A stretch of DNA of 64,000 nucleotides from Prochlorococcus sp. AG-355-P18 (GTDB lineage: Bacteria > Cyanobacteriota > Cyanobacteriia > PCC-6307 > Cyanobiaceae): NCBI GenBank assembly GCA_003280515.1, contig QCER01000006.1, positions 2,393 through 66,392 on the forward strand, written 5' to 3'. Shown here one piece after another: positions 1 through 10,990 of the stretch (within the stretch, counting starts at the first letter, position 1; every line of letters begins with the position of its first letter). Made by a program: the position numbers and the translations under genes. The notes beneath the pieces were generated by a model that ran no database searches, was not told where the DNA came from, and saw only the letters and a program-made list of their open reading frames with translations.

Positions 1-1
1 A

Positions 2-346
2 GTTGTCACTACTCCTCAACAAGTATCTTTGCAAGATGCAAGGAGGGGATTAGCAATGTTTAAACAACTCGGAGTACCTTTACTGGGAATTGTAGAAAAT
101 ATGTCAGTATTTATTCCGCCAGATATGCCAGCTAAAAAATATGAAATCTTTGGTAAAGGTGGTGGCCAAACATTAGCTACCGAAAATGACTTACCATTAT
201 TAGCTCAAATTCCTATTGAAATCCCTCTCGTTGATGATAGTAATAAAGGTGTACCAATCTCAATAAGCCAGCCCAATAAAGAAAGCTCTATCGTATTTGG
301 TAATTTAGCTCAATTAATTAAGAACCAATTTGTTAATACTTATTGA
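2..346 (+). CDS. mrp: Mrp/ApbC (NBP35) family Fe-S cluster carrier ATPase, 5'-truncated by window edge
   Basis: Frame open from nt 2: VVTTPQQVSLQDARRGLAMF...GIVENMS...IFGKGGG, the typical Mrp C-terminal motifs. Confidence 0.9.
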   Translation, partial: VVTTPQQVSLQDARRGLAMFKQLGVPLLGIVENMSVFIPPDMPAKKYEIFGKGGGQTLATENDLPLLAQIPIEIPLVDDSNKGVPISISQPNKESSIVFGNLAQLIKNQFVNTY

Positions 347-1614
347 TGTTTAAGAGAATTGCTTTATTAAATAAAAGAGGATTTTTACAAAAAAAAGACA
401 ATTTTAATAGAGGTTTTTTATTTTCTCCGCTACTTATTATTCCCCTGTTTTTGGTTATTATTTCGGGGGTTTTGATAAAAAGTATTCAGGGCGATTTTTT
501 AGTATCGAATTATCTAGGACATATCGTAACTGGTTTTTTAGGTTATTTCTTAGCATTTTTTATTTCTTATATACCGTTAGAGAGACTTAGAAAGTATGTG
601 GTTCCTTTTTATTTTTGTACTCTAATATCCTTATTACTTATTTATTTTTTTGGGATTTCAGTTTCTGGAGCTCAAAGATGGCTAAACTTGGGCATCTTTT
701 CTTTTCAGCCTTCAGAGGTAGCTAAGCTTAGTAGTGTATTAACTCTTGCTTTAGTACTCGACAAAAAAATAATCCTAACAATAAGAGATTTAGTTTTGCC
801 TTTAGTAGTATTTGTTATTCCTTGGTTATTAATTTTCTTCCAACCAGACTTGGGTACCTCTTTAGTTTTAATTGTTTTGACAGGTGTTATGCTCTATTGG
901 TCTCAACTGCCAATAGAGTGGATTTTGATATTAGTGTTTTGTATTGTCACATCAATATTATATCTAACCTTACCAACTATTCTTATTTTCTGGATTCCAG
1001 TTATAGGATATCTTGCCTATAGATCTTCAAAAAAGAAAATTATTTCTTCTGCTCTCGCTATTTCGTTCCATTTATTAGTGGCAAAATTTACACCAATTTT
1101 GTGGCAATATGGCTTAAAAGAATATCAAAAAGATAGATTAGTTTTATTTTTAGATCCAAGTAGAGATCCATTAGGTGGCGGATATCATCTGATACAGAGT
1201 AAAATTGCAATTGGTTCTGGAGGATTATTTGGGACCGGTTTGCTACAAGGTAAGCTGACTAATTTGCAATTTATACCTGAACAACATACTGATTTTATAT
1301 TCAGTGCTTTAGGGGAAGAATTAGGTTTTGTGGGGTGCGTTATGGTTTTATTTTTGTTCTTTTTTTTGATTAAAAAACTTATTGCTACTGCAACAATTGC
1401 TAGGACTAACTTTGAATCTCTAATTGTCATTGGAATAGCCTCAACTTTTTTATTTCAAATAATTATTAATTTATTTATGACTATTGGATTAGGACCAGTT
1501 ACTGGGATTCCCCTTCCTTTTATGAGCTATGGTCGAACGTCATTGGTGACTAATTTTATATCTATTGGATTTGTTTTATCTACATTGAAACGCTCTAGAT
1601 CACTTAGAAGTTGA
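346..1614 (+). CDS. rodA: Rod shape-determining protein RodA (SEDS family)
   Basis: Multi-TM protein; GAQRW, FQPSE, QPDLGT, IPEQHTDFIFS, GIPLPFMSYG motifs; ATG overlaps mrp stop (TGATG). Confidence 0.9.
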   Translation: MFKRIALLNKRGFLQKKDNFNRGFLFSPLLIIPLFLVIISGVLIKSIQGDFLVSNYLGHIVTGFLGYFLAFFISYIPLERLRKYVVPFYFCTLISLLLIYFFGISVSGAQRWLNLGIFSFQPSEVAKLSSVLTLALVLDKKIILTIRDLVLPLVVFVIPWLLIFFQPDLGTSLVLIVLTGVMLYWSQLPIEWILILVFCIVTSILYLTLPTILIFWIPVIGYLAYRSSKKKIISSALAISFHLLVAKFTPILWQYGLKEYQKDRLVLFLDPSRDPLGGGYHLIQSKIAIGSGGLFGTGLLQGKLTNLQFIPEQHTDFIFSALGEELGFVGCVMVLFLFFFLIKKLIATATIARTNFESLIVIGIASTFLFQIIINLFMTIGLGPVTGIPLPFMSYGRTSLVTNFISIGFVLSTLKRSRSLRS

Positions 1615-2978
1615 TGAATTCACAAATAACTATAAAAAAAATTCAAGAGCTTTTAATTAAAGGAGTTCAAACCATATATGTTGAAGATGATACATCCAGA
1701 AGAATGTGGTGGGCTTCTTTAGAAGTCATTCAAAAAGATTTCTTATCTCAAAATTATAAACAAGGGGGGATTTGGGTTGCCTCCCCTTTGCCAGCTTTTA
1801 ATGAAAAAAAATTTTTAAATCAACTTCATGGATGGCTTTGGTCTCCTGAGGGGTTTCCATACTTTCAAAATGAGAATGCAGGTTTTTTACCAGTCAATAA
1901 TTCAGAGAAGATAAAAAAAAATTTCGATTTAGCTAGTAATTATAAAGTCTTAAATCTTTGTCAGGAAGATGGTTATGATCCTTTTTTGATGATAATCACC
2001 CCAAATTTTCAGTGCGTATTATCAATTGTAGGAGAAAAAGATAAGAAAATTCTATTAATGAAGTGTGATGAAGAAAGCCTAAAACTTTCAATTGAATTAA
2101 TGCATGCAAAATTAAATCAAGAAAATTATGAGGAAGGAGTAAAATTTCGTAATGCAATCAACAATTTAGGTAACCTTAATATTAACAATCAATTTGAAAA
2201 ATTATTTTGGCCAATATTATCGGCAAAATTAGCGAATAATACCCCAAGTCATAATATACATAATTCTGTGAAAAATGATGAAAAAAATGTTCAAATTACT
2301 GAAGCAAAGTTATTACGTGCAATTTCTCATGAAGTAAGAACTCCCTTGGCAACAATAAGAACCCTAATAAGTTCTACTTTAAAAAAATATAAAATGGATG
2401 AATCAATGAGAAATCGTTTAATTCAAATAGATAATGAATGTAATGAACAAATTGATAGGTTTGGTTTAATATTTAACGCAGCAGAATTAGTTAGTAATGA
2501 AGTGCCGTCATTGAATAATTTGGCGAAAATTAATTTAACCGAAATTTTCAAAAAGCTTTCTCCTTTATGGAATAAACAATTAAATCGACGCGGTATCTCT
2601 TTGAAGATAGATATTCCTAAACAAGTTCCACAAATTTTGAGTGATTCTGAAAAATTAGAATTAATGCTAAGAGGATTAATTGATAAAAATACTAGAGGAT
2701 TGAAAGAAGGTAGTACATTGATTTTAGAATTGAGACCAGCTGGTCAAAAACTCAAACTTCAACTCAAAGTTCAAAAATTAGATAACAATCAAAAAGAAAT
2801 TCTAAAAAAAGATAATGGTTCTGATATTGGCCCTGTTTTAAATTGGAACCCTCAAACTGGAAGTTTACAACTTAGTCAAAATGCCACTCAGAAGTTGTTA
2901 GCTAGTTTAGGAGGTCATGTCACCCAAAGACGTGATGCGGGTTTGACAGTATTTTTTCCGATTTCAGATGCAAAATGA
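1614..2978 (+). CDS. Cytoplasmic sensor histidine kinase, Hik34-like (HisKA box, degenerate ATPase domain)
   Basis: H-box ISHEVRTPLATIR; no TM segments; N/G1/G2 boxes not recognisable. Confidence 0.75.
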   Translation: MNSQITIKKIQELLIKGVQTIYVEDDTSRRMWWASLEVIQKDFLSQNYKQGGIWVASPLPAFNEKKFLNQLHGWLWSPEGFPYFQNENAGFLPVNNSEKIKKNFDLASNYKVLNLCQEDGYDPFLMIITPNFQCVLSIVGEKDKKILLMKCDEESLKLSIELMHAKLNQENYEEGVKFRNAINNLGNLNINNQFEKLFWPILSAKLANNTPSHNIHNSVKNDEKNVQITEAKLLRAISHEVRTPLATIRTLISSTLKKYKMDESMRNRLIQIDNECNEQIDRFGLIFNAAELVSNEVPSLNNLAKINLTEIFKKLSPLWNKQLNRRGISLKIDIPKQVPQILSDSEKLELMLRGLIDKNTRGLKEGSTLILELRPAGQKLKLQLKVQKLDNNQKEILKKDNGSDIGPVLNWNPQTGSLQLSQNATQKLLASLGGHVTQRRDAGLTVFFPISDAK

Positions 2979-3089
2979 AATGAGAATTAAGTTATGCATA
3001 TATTAAATAATGTAGAAAATTTCTTATTAATTTTGAATTTTGCAAAATATGAATGCTAATTTCTTATAAGAAATAACTCAAAATTTAGG

Positions 3090-3512
3090 ATGACTGAAAC
3101 TTTAGTTGGTCAATTTCCAAAGCATATAGGAAGTACTGGGGGTTTATTAAACTCAGCAGAAACCGAAGAAAAATATGCAATTGTTTGGAAAAGTTCAAAG
3201 GAACAAGCATTTGAATTGCCCACCGGAGGAGCGGCTATTATGCATGAAGGTGATAATCTAATGTACTTTGCAAGAAAAGAACAATGCCTTGCATTAGGGA
3301 CACAATTAAGAGCCTTCAAACCAAGAATTGAAGATTTTAAAATCTACCGAATTTTCCCAGGTGGCGATATTGAATTTTTACATCCAAAGGATGGTGTTTT
3401 CCCTGAAAAAGTAAATGAAGGCAGAGAGAAAGTAGGTCATAATCCTAGAAGAATAGGTGAGAATCCTAATCCAGCTGGTTTAAAATTCACAACTAAGAAT
3501 ACTTTTGATTAA
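3090..3512 (+). CDS. psaD: Photosystem I subunit II PsaD
   Basis: [39 protein letters not shown]. Confidence 0.97.
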   Translation: MTETLVGQFPKHIGSTGGLLNSAETEEKYAIVWKSSKEQAFELPTGGAAIMHEGDNLMYFARKEQCLALGTQLRAFKPRIEDFKIYRIFPGGDIEFLHPKDGVFPEKVNEGREKVGHNPRRIGENPNPAGLKFTTKNTFD

Positions 3513-3571
3513 CTTCCTTCAAGTTGATATAAAAGAAGAAAATAATTATAATTTGGGCTGACATTATTAAT

Positions 3572-5092
3572 ATGATCAGCTCAAACAAAGATAGTTTTTT
3601 AAAGGCTTACAAAGAAGGTAAAAATTTTATACCTTTAGTTGAAACTTGGCCAGCAGATTTAGAGACTCCATTATCGACTTGGTTAAAATTATCTTCAAAA
3701 GATTCCCATGGTGTTTTTCTTGAATCTGTCGAAGGCGGGGAGAATTTGGGTAGGTGGAGTATCGTTGCTACTAAACCTCTTTGGGAAGCCGTTTGTTATG
3801 GAGAAGAAATAATTAAAACTTGGAATGATGGCAAAACTGAAACACATAAAGGTGATCCTTTTGATACTTTAAGAAGTTGGACACAAGAATACAAGTCAAC
3901 CATGCTTGAGGACTTGCCATCAATTGGACAGTTATATGGCTCTTGGGGTTATGAATTAATAAATCGAATAGAACCAAGCGTTCCAATAAATGAAATTCCA
4001 GAAAACAATATCCCCTATGGTTCCTGGATGTTTTTTGATCAATTAGTTGTTTTTGATCAAATAAAAAGATGTATTACAGCAGTTGTTTATGCAGATACAA
4101 CTTTTTCAAAAGAGTTCTCAATTGAAGAGTTGTATCTAAACTCAATTTCTAAAATTCAGAAAACTAGAAATTTAATGAGAGTTCCTTTAAAAGAAAATCA
4201 GTTTTTAGATTGGAATGAAAATGAGAATTTGAATTTAGATCTAGAAAGTAATTGGGAGAAAAAAGATTTTGAAGATGCAGTTCTCTCTGCAAAAGAATAC
4301 ATAAGAAAGGGAGATATCTTCCAAATAGTTATAAGTCAGAGATTCAAAACTCAAATCAATAATGATCCCTTTAATTTATATAGAAGTTTGAGGATGGTTA
4401 ATCCATCTCCATACATGGCATTTTTTGATTTTGGCTCATGGTATCTGATAGGTTCAAGTCCTGAAGTAATGGTTAAAGCAGAAAAAAATAAAAATAGTCA
4501 GATTGTTGCAAGCTTAAGACCAATAGCTGGCACAAGACCTAGAGGTATTGATAATCAACAAGACTTGGAATTAGAAAAGGAATTATTAAAAGATCCAAAA
4601 GAAATAGCTGAGCATGTAATGCTAATTGATCTTGGGAGAAATGATCTTGGAAGAGTTTGTGAAATTGGTACTGTCAAAGTTAAGGATTTAATGGTAATTG
4701 AGAAATATTCACATGTTATGCATATAGTCAGTCAAGTTGAGGGAATCTTAAAAAACAATGCTGATGTATGGGATTTGCTCAAAGCATCCTTTCCCGCTGG
4801 GACAGTAACCGGTGCCCCAAAAATAAGAGCTATGCAATTGATTAAGCATTTTGAAAAAGATGCTAGAGGACCTTATGCTGGTGTATATGGATCTATTGAT
4901 ATTAATGGTGCATTAAATACAGCAATCACGATAAGAACCATGATAGTTGAACCCTCAAGAGATGGGAAGTATGATGTTTCGGTGCAAGCAGGAGCTGGAA
5001 TAGTTGCTGATTCTTTTCCCGAAAATGAATATCAAGAGACGATAAATAAAGCAAAGGGGATACTGAAAGCATTAGCCTGTTTGGATAAATAA
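3572..5092 (+). CDS. trpE: Anthranilate synthase component I
   Basis: [52 protein letters not shown]. Confidence 0.93.
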   Translation: MISSNKDSFLKAYKEGKNFIPLVETWPADLETPLSTWLKLSSKDSHGVFLESVEGGENLGRWSIVATKPLWEAVCYGEEIIKTWNDGKTETHKGDPFDTLRSWTQEYKSTMLEDLPSIGQLYGSWGYELINRIEPSVPINEIPENNIPYGSWMFFDQLVVFDQIKRCITAVVYADTTFSKEFSIEELYLNSISKIQKTRNLMRVPLKENQFLDWNENENLNLDLESNWEKKDFEDAVLSAKEYIRKGDIFQIVISQRFKTQINNDPFNLYRSLRMVNPSPYMAFFDFGSWYLIGSSPEVMVKAEKNKNSQIVASLRPIAGTRPRGIDNQQDLELEKELLKDPKEIAEHVMLIDLGRNDLGRVCEIGTVKVKDLMVIEKYSHVMHIVSQVEGILKNNADVWDLLKASFPAGTVTGAPKIRAMQLIKHFEKDARGPYAGVYGSIDINGALNTAITIRTMIVEPSRDGKYDVSVQAGAGIVADSFPENEYQETINKAKGILKALACLDK

Positions 5093-6202
5093 ATGAGTCA
5101 AAATAATCTTTATAAGGGTTTTGAAGTGGAACTTTTCACAGGTTCCTTAAATTCTCATATTGGTGTTTCGGCTGAAATTGAGAAAAAATTTCCTGATTTT
5201 GTTAAAGAGCCAGATAACAGAAACGTTGAATACATAACAACACCTGAAAGAGACTATGACTCTTTATATGAGAAATTAATAACTCCAAGAAAAAAGTTAA
5301 GGAAGTGGCTAAATACTCAAAATTTAACAATCATTCCTTCATCCACTCTTTGTTTTAAACACGATATTCAATTTCAAAGATCTGATATTGACAATGTCTA
5401 TCATCAATTTATTCAAGATAATTATGGAATATCTATTGCAACTTCAAGTGTCCATATAAACATAGGAATAGATGATTTAGATAAACTTTTTGCAGCTATA
5501 AGACTGACAAGATCTGAGGCTTCTCTATATCTAGCATTAAGTGCTAGTTCACCGTTTTTAAATAATAAAATTACGAATAACCACTCTCAAAGATGGATCC
5601 AGTTTCCTAAAACACCAAGTAGGGTACCATTTTTTGCAAATCATAATTCTTATATCGACTGGATAGAGGAAAATATATCTAATAAAAAAATGCAAAATAT
5701 TAGGCATTTTTGGTCGTCAATCCGACCAAACGGTCCCCAAAGACCTTTAATTCTTGATCGTTTGGAATTAAGAATTTGTGATTTTGTTCACGATATTAAT
5801 CTGCTTTTAGGGATAACGGCCATGATAGAACTAAGAATTTTAAATCTTTTTGAAAATATAAACACCTTAGATCCTTTGAATGCTAGTAATTTTTCTATGG
5901 ATGAGTTGTCAGAAATATGTGATCAAAATGAAATTAATGCTGCTAAAGATAGTCTGAATTCAGAGTTAATTCACTGGCAAGATGGCAAAAGAGTTATTTG
6001 TAGAGAATGGATTCAAAATTTGTTATCAGATTTATCATCCACAGCAGAAAATTTTGGTATGAAACATCTTTTAGATCCTATTTATAAAGTGCTTGAAGAA
6101 GGCAATCAATCTATGAAATGGATAAATCAACATGAAAAAGGTCTTTCTATTGAGCAGATAATGAAAATTTCTATCGAAGATATGATTAGGAGTGAGGCCT
6201 AG
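5093..6202 (+). CDS. gshA: Glutamate--cysteine ligase (cyanobacterial type)
   Basis: KGFEVELFTG, EPDNRNVEY, SVHINIG, LSASSPF, RPNGP, RLELRICD. Confidence 0.88.
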   Translation: MSQNNLYKGFEVELFTGSLNSHIGVSAEIEKKFPDFVKEPDNRNVEYITTPERDYDSLYEKLITPRKKLRKWLNTQNLTIIPSSTLCFKHDIQFQRSDIDNVYHQFIQDNYGISIATSSVHINIGIDDLDKLFAAIRLTRSEASLYLALSASSPFLNNKITNNHSQRWIQFPKTPSRVPFFANHNSYIDWIEENISNKKMQNIRHFWSSIRPNGPQRPLILDRLELRICDFVHDINLLLGITAMIELRILNLFENINTLDPLNASNFSMDELSEICDQNEINAAKDSLNSELIHWQDGKRVICREWIQNLLSDLSSTAENFGMKHLLDPIYKVLEEGNQSMKWINQHEKGLSIEQIMKISIEDMIRSEA

Positions 6203-6264
6203 AATGTTTGATTATTTAAATAAACATTTGATCTGAACATTTTCACTTGTGACATAATGATTAT

Positions 6265-9234
6265 ATGGAATCTTTTCGACAGATAAAAAATAATAACGTG
6301 GATCTCATAAGTAACAATGATCCACTTGATAAAAATCGTCTTTTAATTGAAGATCTCTGGGAATCTGTGCTCAGAGAAGAATGCCCAGATGATCAAGCAG
6401 AGAGATTGATACAGCTTAAAGAATTAAGTTATTCAAAACAAATTGATGGTGATAGTTCAAAAACTTTTAAAAATGAAATAGTTGATATTGTAAATTCTAT
6501 GGATTTAGCGGAATCCATAGCTGCAGCAAGGGCATTTTCATTATATTTTCAACTTGTGAATATTTTGGAACAAAGAGTTGAGGAAGATAGATATATTCAA
6601 AGCTTTACCAATAAAGATGTTCAAAAATCGCCCGATAATCTTGATCCTTTTGCCCCAGCATTGGCTAGACAAAATGCTCCAGTAACTTTTAGAGAATTAT
6701 TTTACAGGCTAAGAAAATTAAATGTACCTCCAGGAAAATTAGAGGAGTTGTTACAGGAAATGGATATTCGTTTAGTTTTTACTGCACATCCGACGGAGAT
6801 AGTGAGACATACGATTAGACATAAGCAAACAAGAGTAGCAAATTTGTTAAAAAAAATACAGATTGAGCAATTTCTAACAAAAGAAGAAAAAATTTCTCTA
6901 AAAACCCAATTAAAAGAGGAAGTAAGACTTTGGTGGAGAACAGATGAATTGCATCAATTTAAACCTTCAGTTTTAGATGAAGTTGATTATGCTTTGCATT
7001 ATTTTCAGCAAGTTTTATTTAACGCGATGCCTCAATTGAGGGGCAGGATTGCTGAAGCACTTACCGAAAATTATCCAGATGTTCAGTTACCCTCAGAATC
7101 TTTTTGTAACTTCGGTTCTTGGGTAGGCTCTGATAGGGACGGTAATCCATCAGTAACTCCGGAAATAACATGGAGAACTGCTTGCTACCAAAGGCAGTTG
7201 ATGCTGGAAAGATATATTATTGCTACGTCTAATCTTAGAGATCAATTAAGTGTGTCGATGCAATGGAGTCAAGTAAGTTCCTCCTTATTAGAATCACTCG
7301 AAACTGACAGGGTTAAGTTCCCTGAAATATATGAAGCTAGAGCTACAAGGTATAGATCAGAACCCTATAGATTAAAATTAAGTTATATTTTAGAGAAATT
7401 AAGGTTAACACAAGAAAGAAATAATTTATTAGCTGATAGTGGGTGGAAGTTTGACTTGGAGGGAGAAATTGAGAATAAAAATCTAGATAAAGTTGAAAAC
7501 TTATATTACAAGTCAGTAAACGAATTTACTTATGATCTAGAACTAATTAAAAATAGCTTAATTAGTACAGATTTAACTTGTGAATCTGTAAACACCTTAC
7601 TTACGCAGGTTCATATTTTTGGATTCTCTTTAGCAAGTTTAGATATTCGTCAAGAGAGTACAAGGCATAGTGACGCTATACAAGAGCTTACAAATTATCT
7701 TGATATATCTTTTCAATATGACCAAATGTCTGAGGAAGAGAAAATTAAATGGCTTATAGACGAATTAAATACAAAAAGGCCTTTAATTCCATCTGACGTT
7801 AATTGGACAAAAACTACAGAAGAAACCTTTTCAGTTTTTAAAATGGTTAAAAGATTACAGCAAGAATTTGGAAGTCGCATTTGTCATTCTTATGTAATTT
7901 CAATGAGTCATAGTGCATCTGATTTGCTTGAAGTTCTCTTACTGGCAAAAGAAATGGGATTGCTTGATCAGAATTCACACAAGTCAAAATTATTAGTTGT
8001 TCCTCTTTTTGAAACTGTGGAAGACCTTAAAAGAGCACCAGAAGTAATGGAAAAGTTGTTTAAATTAGATTTCTATAGATCATTATTGCCAAAAGTAGGA
8101 GAATCTTTTAAACCCCTGCAAGAATTAATGCTTGGATATTCTGATAGTAATAAAGATTCAGGATTTGTTTCTAGTAATTGGGAAATTCATAGAGCCCAAA
8201 TAGCTCTTCAAAATCTCTCAAGTAGAAATAACATATTGCTGAGACTTTTTCATGGAAGAGGTGGTTCTGTAGGGAGAGGAGGAGGTCCAGCCTATCAGGC
8301 AATATTGGCTCAACCAAGCGGAACTTTAAAAGGGCGAATAAAAATAACAGAACAAGGTGAAGTGTTAGCTTCTAAATATAGTCTGCCCGAACTAGCTTTG
8401 TACAATCTTGAGACTGTAACTACAGCGGTAATTCAAAATAGTTTGGTAAATAATAGACTTGACGCTACTCCAGAATGGAATCAATTAATGTCTAGGCTGG
8501 CAGAAACATCAAGGTCTCATTACAGAAAATTAGTACATGAGAATCCTGATTTATTGAATTTTTTTCAAGAGGTCACTCCAATAGAAGAAATAAGTAAATT
8601 ACAGATATCTAGTAGGCCTGCTAGAAGAAAAAAAGGTGCAAAAGATTTGTCAAGTTTAAGAGCTATTCCATGGGTATTTGGTTGGACGCAAAGTAGATTT
8701 CTTTTGCCAAGTTGGTTTGGAGTAGGGACTGCATTGTCTTCTGAATTAAATTCGGATCCGCAACAAATTGAACTATTAAGAGTTCTGCATCAAAGATGGC
8801 CATTTTTTAGAATGCTTATATCTAAGGTGGAAATGACATTATCCAAGGTGGATCTGGAAGTTGCTAGATATTATGTTGATACTCTTGGCAGTAAAGAAAA
8901 TAAAGATTCTTTTGATCATATTTTTGAAGTAATTTCTAAAGAATATAATCTTACAAAATCTTTAATACTTGAAATAACTGGTAAAAATAACCTACTAGAA
9001 TCTGATAGAGACTTGAAATCATCAGTAAGCTTGAGAAATAAGACAATTATTCCATTAGGGTTTTTGCAGGTTTCACTTCTAAGAAGATTAAGAGACCAGA
9101 CAAGACAGCCTCCAATAAGTGAATTTCTTATAGATAAAGATGAATCTAGAAGAGCTTACAGCAGAAGTGAACTATTGAGGGGGGCACTTTTAACTATTAA
9201 TGGGATAGCAGCTGGTATGAGAAATACAGGTTAA
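6265..9234 (+). CDS. ppc: Phosphoenolpyruvate carboxylase
   Basis: [49 protein letters not shown]-terminal MRNTG. Confidence 0.98.
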   Translation: MESFRQIKNNNVDLISNNDPLDKNRLLIEDLWESVLREECPDDQAERLIQLKELSYSKQIDGDSSKTFKNEIVDIVNSMDLAESIAAARAFSLYFQLVNILEQRVEEDRYIQSFTNKDVQKSPDNLDPFAPALARQNAPVTFRELFYRLRKLNVPPGKLEELLQEMDIRLVFTAHPTEIVRHTIRHKQTRVANLLKKIQIEQFLTKEEKISLKTQLKEEVRLWWRTDELHQFKPSVLDEVDYALHYFQQVLFNAMPQLRGRIAEALTENYPDVQLPSESFCNFGSWVGSDRDGNPSVTPEITWRTACYQRQLMLERYIIATSNLRDQLSVSMQWSQVSSSLLESLETDRVKFPEIYEARATRYRSEPYRLKLSYILEKLRLTQERNNLLADSGWKFDLEGEIENKNLDKVENLYYKSVNEFTYDLELIKNSLISTDLTCESVNTLLTQVHIFGFSLASLDIRQESTRHSDAIQELTNYLDISFQYDQMSEEEKIKWLIDELNTKRPLIPSDVNWTKTTEETFSVFKMVKRLQQEFGSRICHSYVISMSHSASDLLEVLLLAKEMGLLDQNSHKSKLLVVPLFETVEDLKRAPEVMEKLFKLDFYRSLLPKVGESFKPLQELMLGYSDSNKDSGFVSSNWEIHRAQIALQNLSSRNNILLRLFHGRGGSVGRGGGPAYQAILAQPSGTLKGRIKITEQGEVLASKYSLPELALYNLETVTTAVIQNSLVNNRLDATPEWNQLMSRLAETSRSHYRKLVHENPDLLNFFQEVTPIEEISKLQISSRPARRKKGAKDLSSLRAIPWVFGWTQSRFLLPSWFGVGTALSSELNSDPQQIELLRVLHQRWPFFRMLISKVEMTLSKVDLEVARYYVDTLGSKENKDSFDHIFEVISKEYNLTKSLILEITGKNNLLESDRDLKSSVSLRNKTIIPLGFLQVSLLRRLRDQTRQPPISEFLIDKDESRRAYSRSELLRGALLTINGIAAGMRNTG

Positions 9235-9237
9235 TAA

Positions 9238-9684
9238 TTGCAATATTTTTCTAAAAAAAAACTTGTTCTTCCAGAAGGTTATTTTGTTAACTCTTCTCAA
9301 ATCCCATTAGCTAAAGAAGTTAACAAACTTTTAGCGAATTGTGGTTGTGAGACATTTCCAATAAAGCCTCTTTCTGAGGCTATTAAGAAAAGTAATTTCT
9401 TTTTTACTATACAGAGTGAATTAAAAAATAAATTATATGGCTTTGTAAGGGTTACGTCCGACAGGGGATTGAATGCCAACTTGTGGAATTTAAGCGCATT
9501 ACCAGGGAATAATCAACAACTTTATTATTCAATATTAATTCGAGTAACTCTTGAGAAAATAAATAGAGAAATGCCTGGATGCAGTATTTCTGTACAGGCT
9601 CCAGTATCTTCGTTTATAAGTTTAGAGGAAAATGGATTCATACTAGATCCAAATGGAATAAGAGTAATGGGATATAAACTTTAA
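9238..9684 (+). CDS. GNAT-fold protein (N-acetyltransferase-like, degenerate acetyl-CoA loop)
   Basis: LYGFVRVTSDRGLNANLWNL resembles GNAT beta3/beta4; C-terminal E.NGF; TTG start 3 nt after ppc stop. Confidence 0.6.
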   Translation: MQYFSKKKLVLPEGYFVNSSQIPLAKEVNKLLANCGCETFPIKPLSEAIKKSNFFFTIQSELKNKLYGFVRVTSDRGLNANLWNLSALPGNNQQLYYSILIRVTLEKINREMPGCSISVQAPVSSFISLEENGFILDPNGIRVMGYKL

Positions 9685-9695
9685 AAGTCATTTTA

Positions 9696-9769
9696 CGAGC
9701 ATGGAGGGATTCGAACCCCCGACTCTCAGAACCGGAATCTGATGCTCTATCCAACTGAGCTACATGCCC
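9696..9769 (-). tRNA. tRNA-Arg(CCG)
   Basis: Reverse complement GGGCATGTAGCTCAGTTGGATAGAGCATCAGATT-CCG-GTTCTGAGAGTCGGGGGTTCGAATCCCTCCATGCTCG folds as a cloverleaf; CCA not encoded. Confidence 0.96.
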
Positions 9770-9846
9770 TTTAATTTTTCAATTTCTTTAAAGAGAATCT
9801 AAATATTTTAAACTTAGCTAATTTAATTAATGAATGCACAAAAAAA

Positions 9847-10938
9847 ATTTTTTTAAATAAATTAAAAATTAAAAATTTTCGGAACCATAAAAGTTTTGAA
9901 ATTGATCTAAAAGAACAAAGAGCAATTGTTCTTGGCTGCAATGGCATTGGCAAGTCAAATTTACTGGAATCGGTTGAATTTTTAAGTCAATTAAAATCTA
10001 ATAGAGCACTAAGCGATAAAGACTTAATAGAGAATGGCAGTGATATGGCTATAGTTATAGGACAGATAAATTTTAAAGACGATTTAAAGTTAAATTTATT
10101 CCGAAAAGGGCCTAAAAGAATTTATGTAAATGAATCAATCTTGAAAAAACAGAGTGAAATAAAGAATTATATTCGGAGTGTATGTTTTTGTTCTAATGAT
10201 ATTGATATTGTTAGAAGTGAACCCAGTTATCGAAGAACATGGATTGATAAAGTCGTATCTCAGCTTGAACCAGTATATTTAGACCTGATAAGTAGATTTA
10301 ATAGGCTTTTAAAACAAAGAAGTCATTTTTGGCGTTCGGAAAGTTTCTTAAAAACCCAATCCACAGATATTGTTGAAAGCTTTGATATTCAAATGTCAAT
10401 AATAAGTACAAGAATTTTTCGGCGCAGAAGAAGAGCTTTATTAAAAATAAAACCATATGTTGAATATTGGCATAATCATTTAAGTAAATCTAAAGAGCAA
10501 ATAGACATAAATTATCTATCGGGGATACAAAATATAAGTCCAGAAGAAGAAGAAGAAGAAGTTATTAGTAAAAAAATAGCAGAAGAACTCTTAAATCAAC
10601 GTTCAATAGAAGCATTGACTGGTAAATGTAATTTTGGCCCTCATCGTGATGATATTGAGTTTCTAATTAATAATGTTTCAGTTAGAAAATATGGTTCCTC
10701 AGGACAGCAAAGGACTTTTATCTTGGCTTTAAAGATGGCTGAACTCGATTTATTAACTAAAACATTAAATGTTCCTCCAATACTTATATTGGATGATGTC
10801 TTGGCGGAATTAGATTTAACCAGGCAAAATTTATTATTAAATTCTGTTGGTAAAGATAGTCAATGTTTTATAAGTGCGACACATTTAGATAAATTTAATC
10901 AGTCTTTCTTAGGTTCTTCACAAATGATTCACTTATAA
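9847..10938 (+). CDS. recF: DNA replication/repair protein RecF; start uncertain (ATT at 9847 proposed; the ORF-track start at 10045 omits Walker A)
   Basis: In frame upstream of 10045: IFLNKLKIKNFRNH...VLGCNGIGKSNLLES; downstream GPHRDD, YGSSGQQR, LILDDVLAELD. Confidence 0.88.
   Translation: MFLNKLKIKNFRNHKSFEIDLKEQRAIVLGCNGIGKSNLLESVEFLSQLKSNRALSDKDLIENGSDMAIVIGQINFKDDLKLNLFRKGPKRIYVNESILKKQSEIKNYIRSVCFCSNDIDIVRSEPSYRRTWIDKVVSQLEPVYLDLISRFNRLLKQRSHFWRSESFLKTQSTDIVESFDIQMSIISTRIFRRRRRALLKIKPYVEYWHNHLSKSKEQIDINYLSGIQNISPEEEEEEVISKKIAEELLNQRSIEALTGKCNFGPHRDDIEFLINNVSVRKYGSSGQQRTFILALKMAELDLLTKTLNVPPILILDDVLAELDLTRQNLLLNSVGKDSQCFISATHLDKFNQSFLGSSQMIHL
10543..10560 (+). repeat. (GAA)6 trinucleotide tract encoding poly-Glu within recF
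   Basis: ccaGAAGAAGAAGAAGAAGAAgtt = PEEEEEEV. Confidence 0.9.
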
Positions 10939-10990
10939 TTTTTAAAAAGCGTGTTTTTTAGCTAATCTTAATTTCATATAAATTTCTTAA

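Noticed and set aside
9771-9953. 60-aa minus-strand ORF between tRNA-Arg and the annotated recF start
   Set aside because: It is antisense to the real RecF N-terminus (Walker A region)
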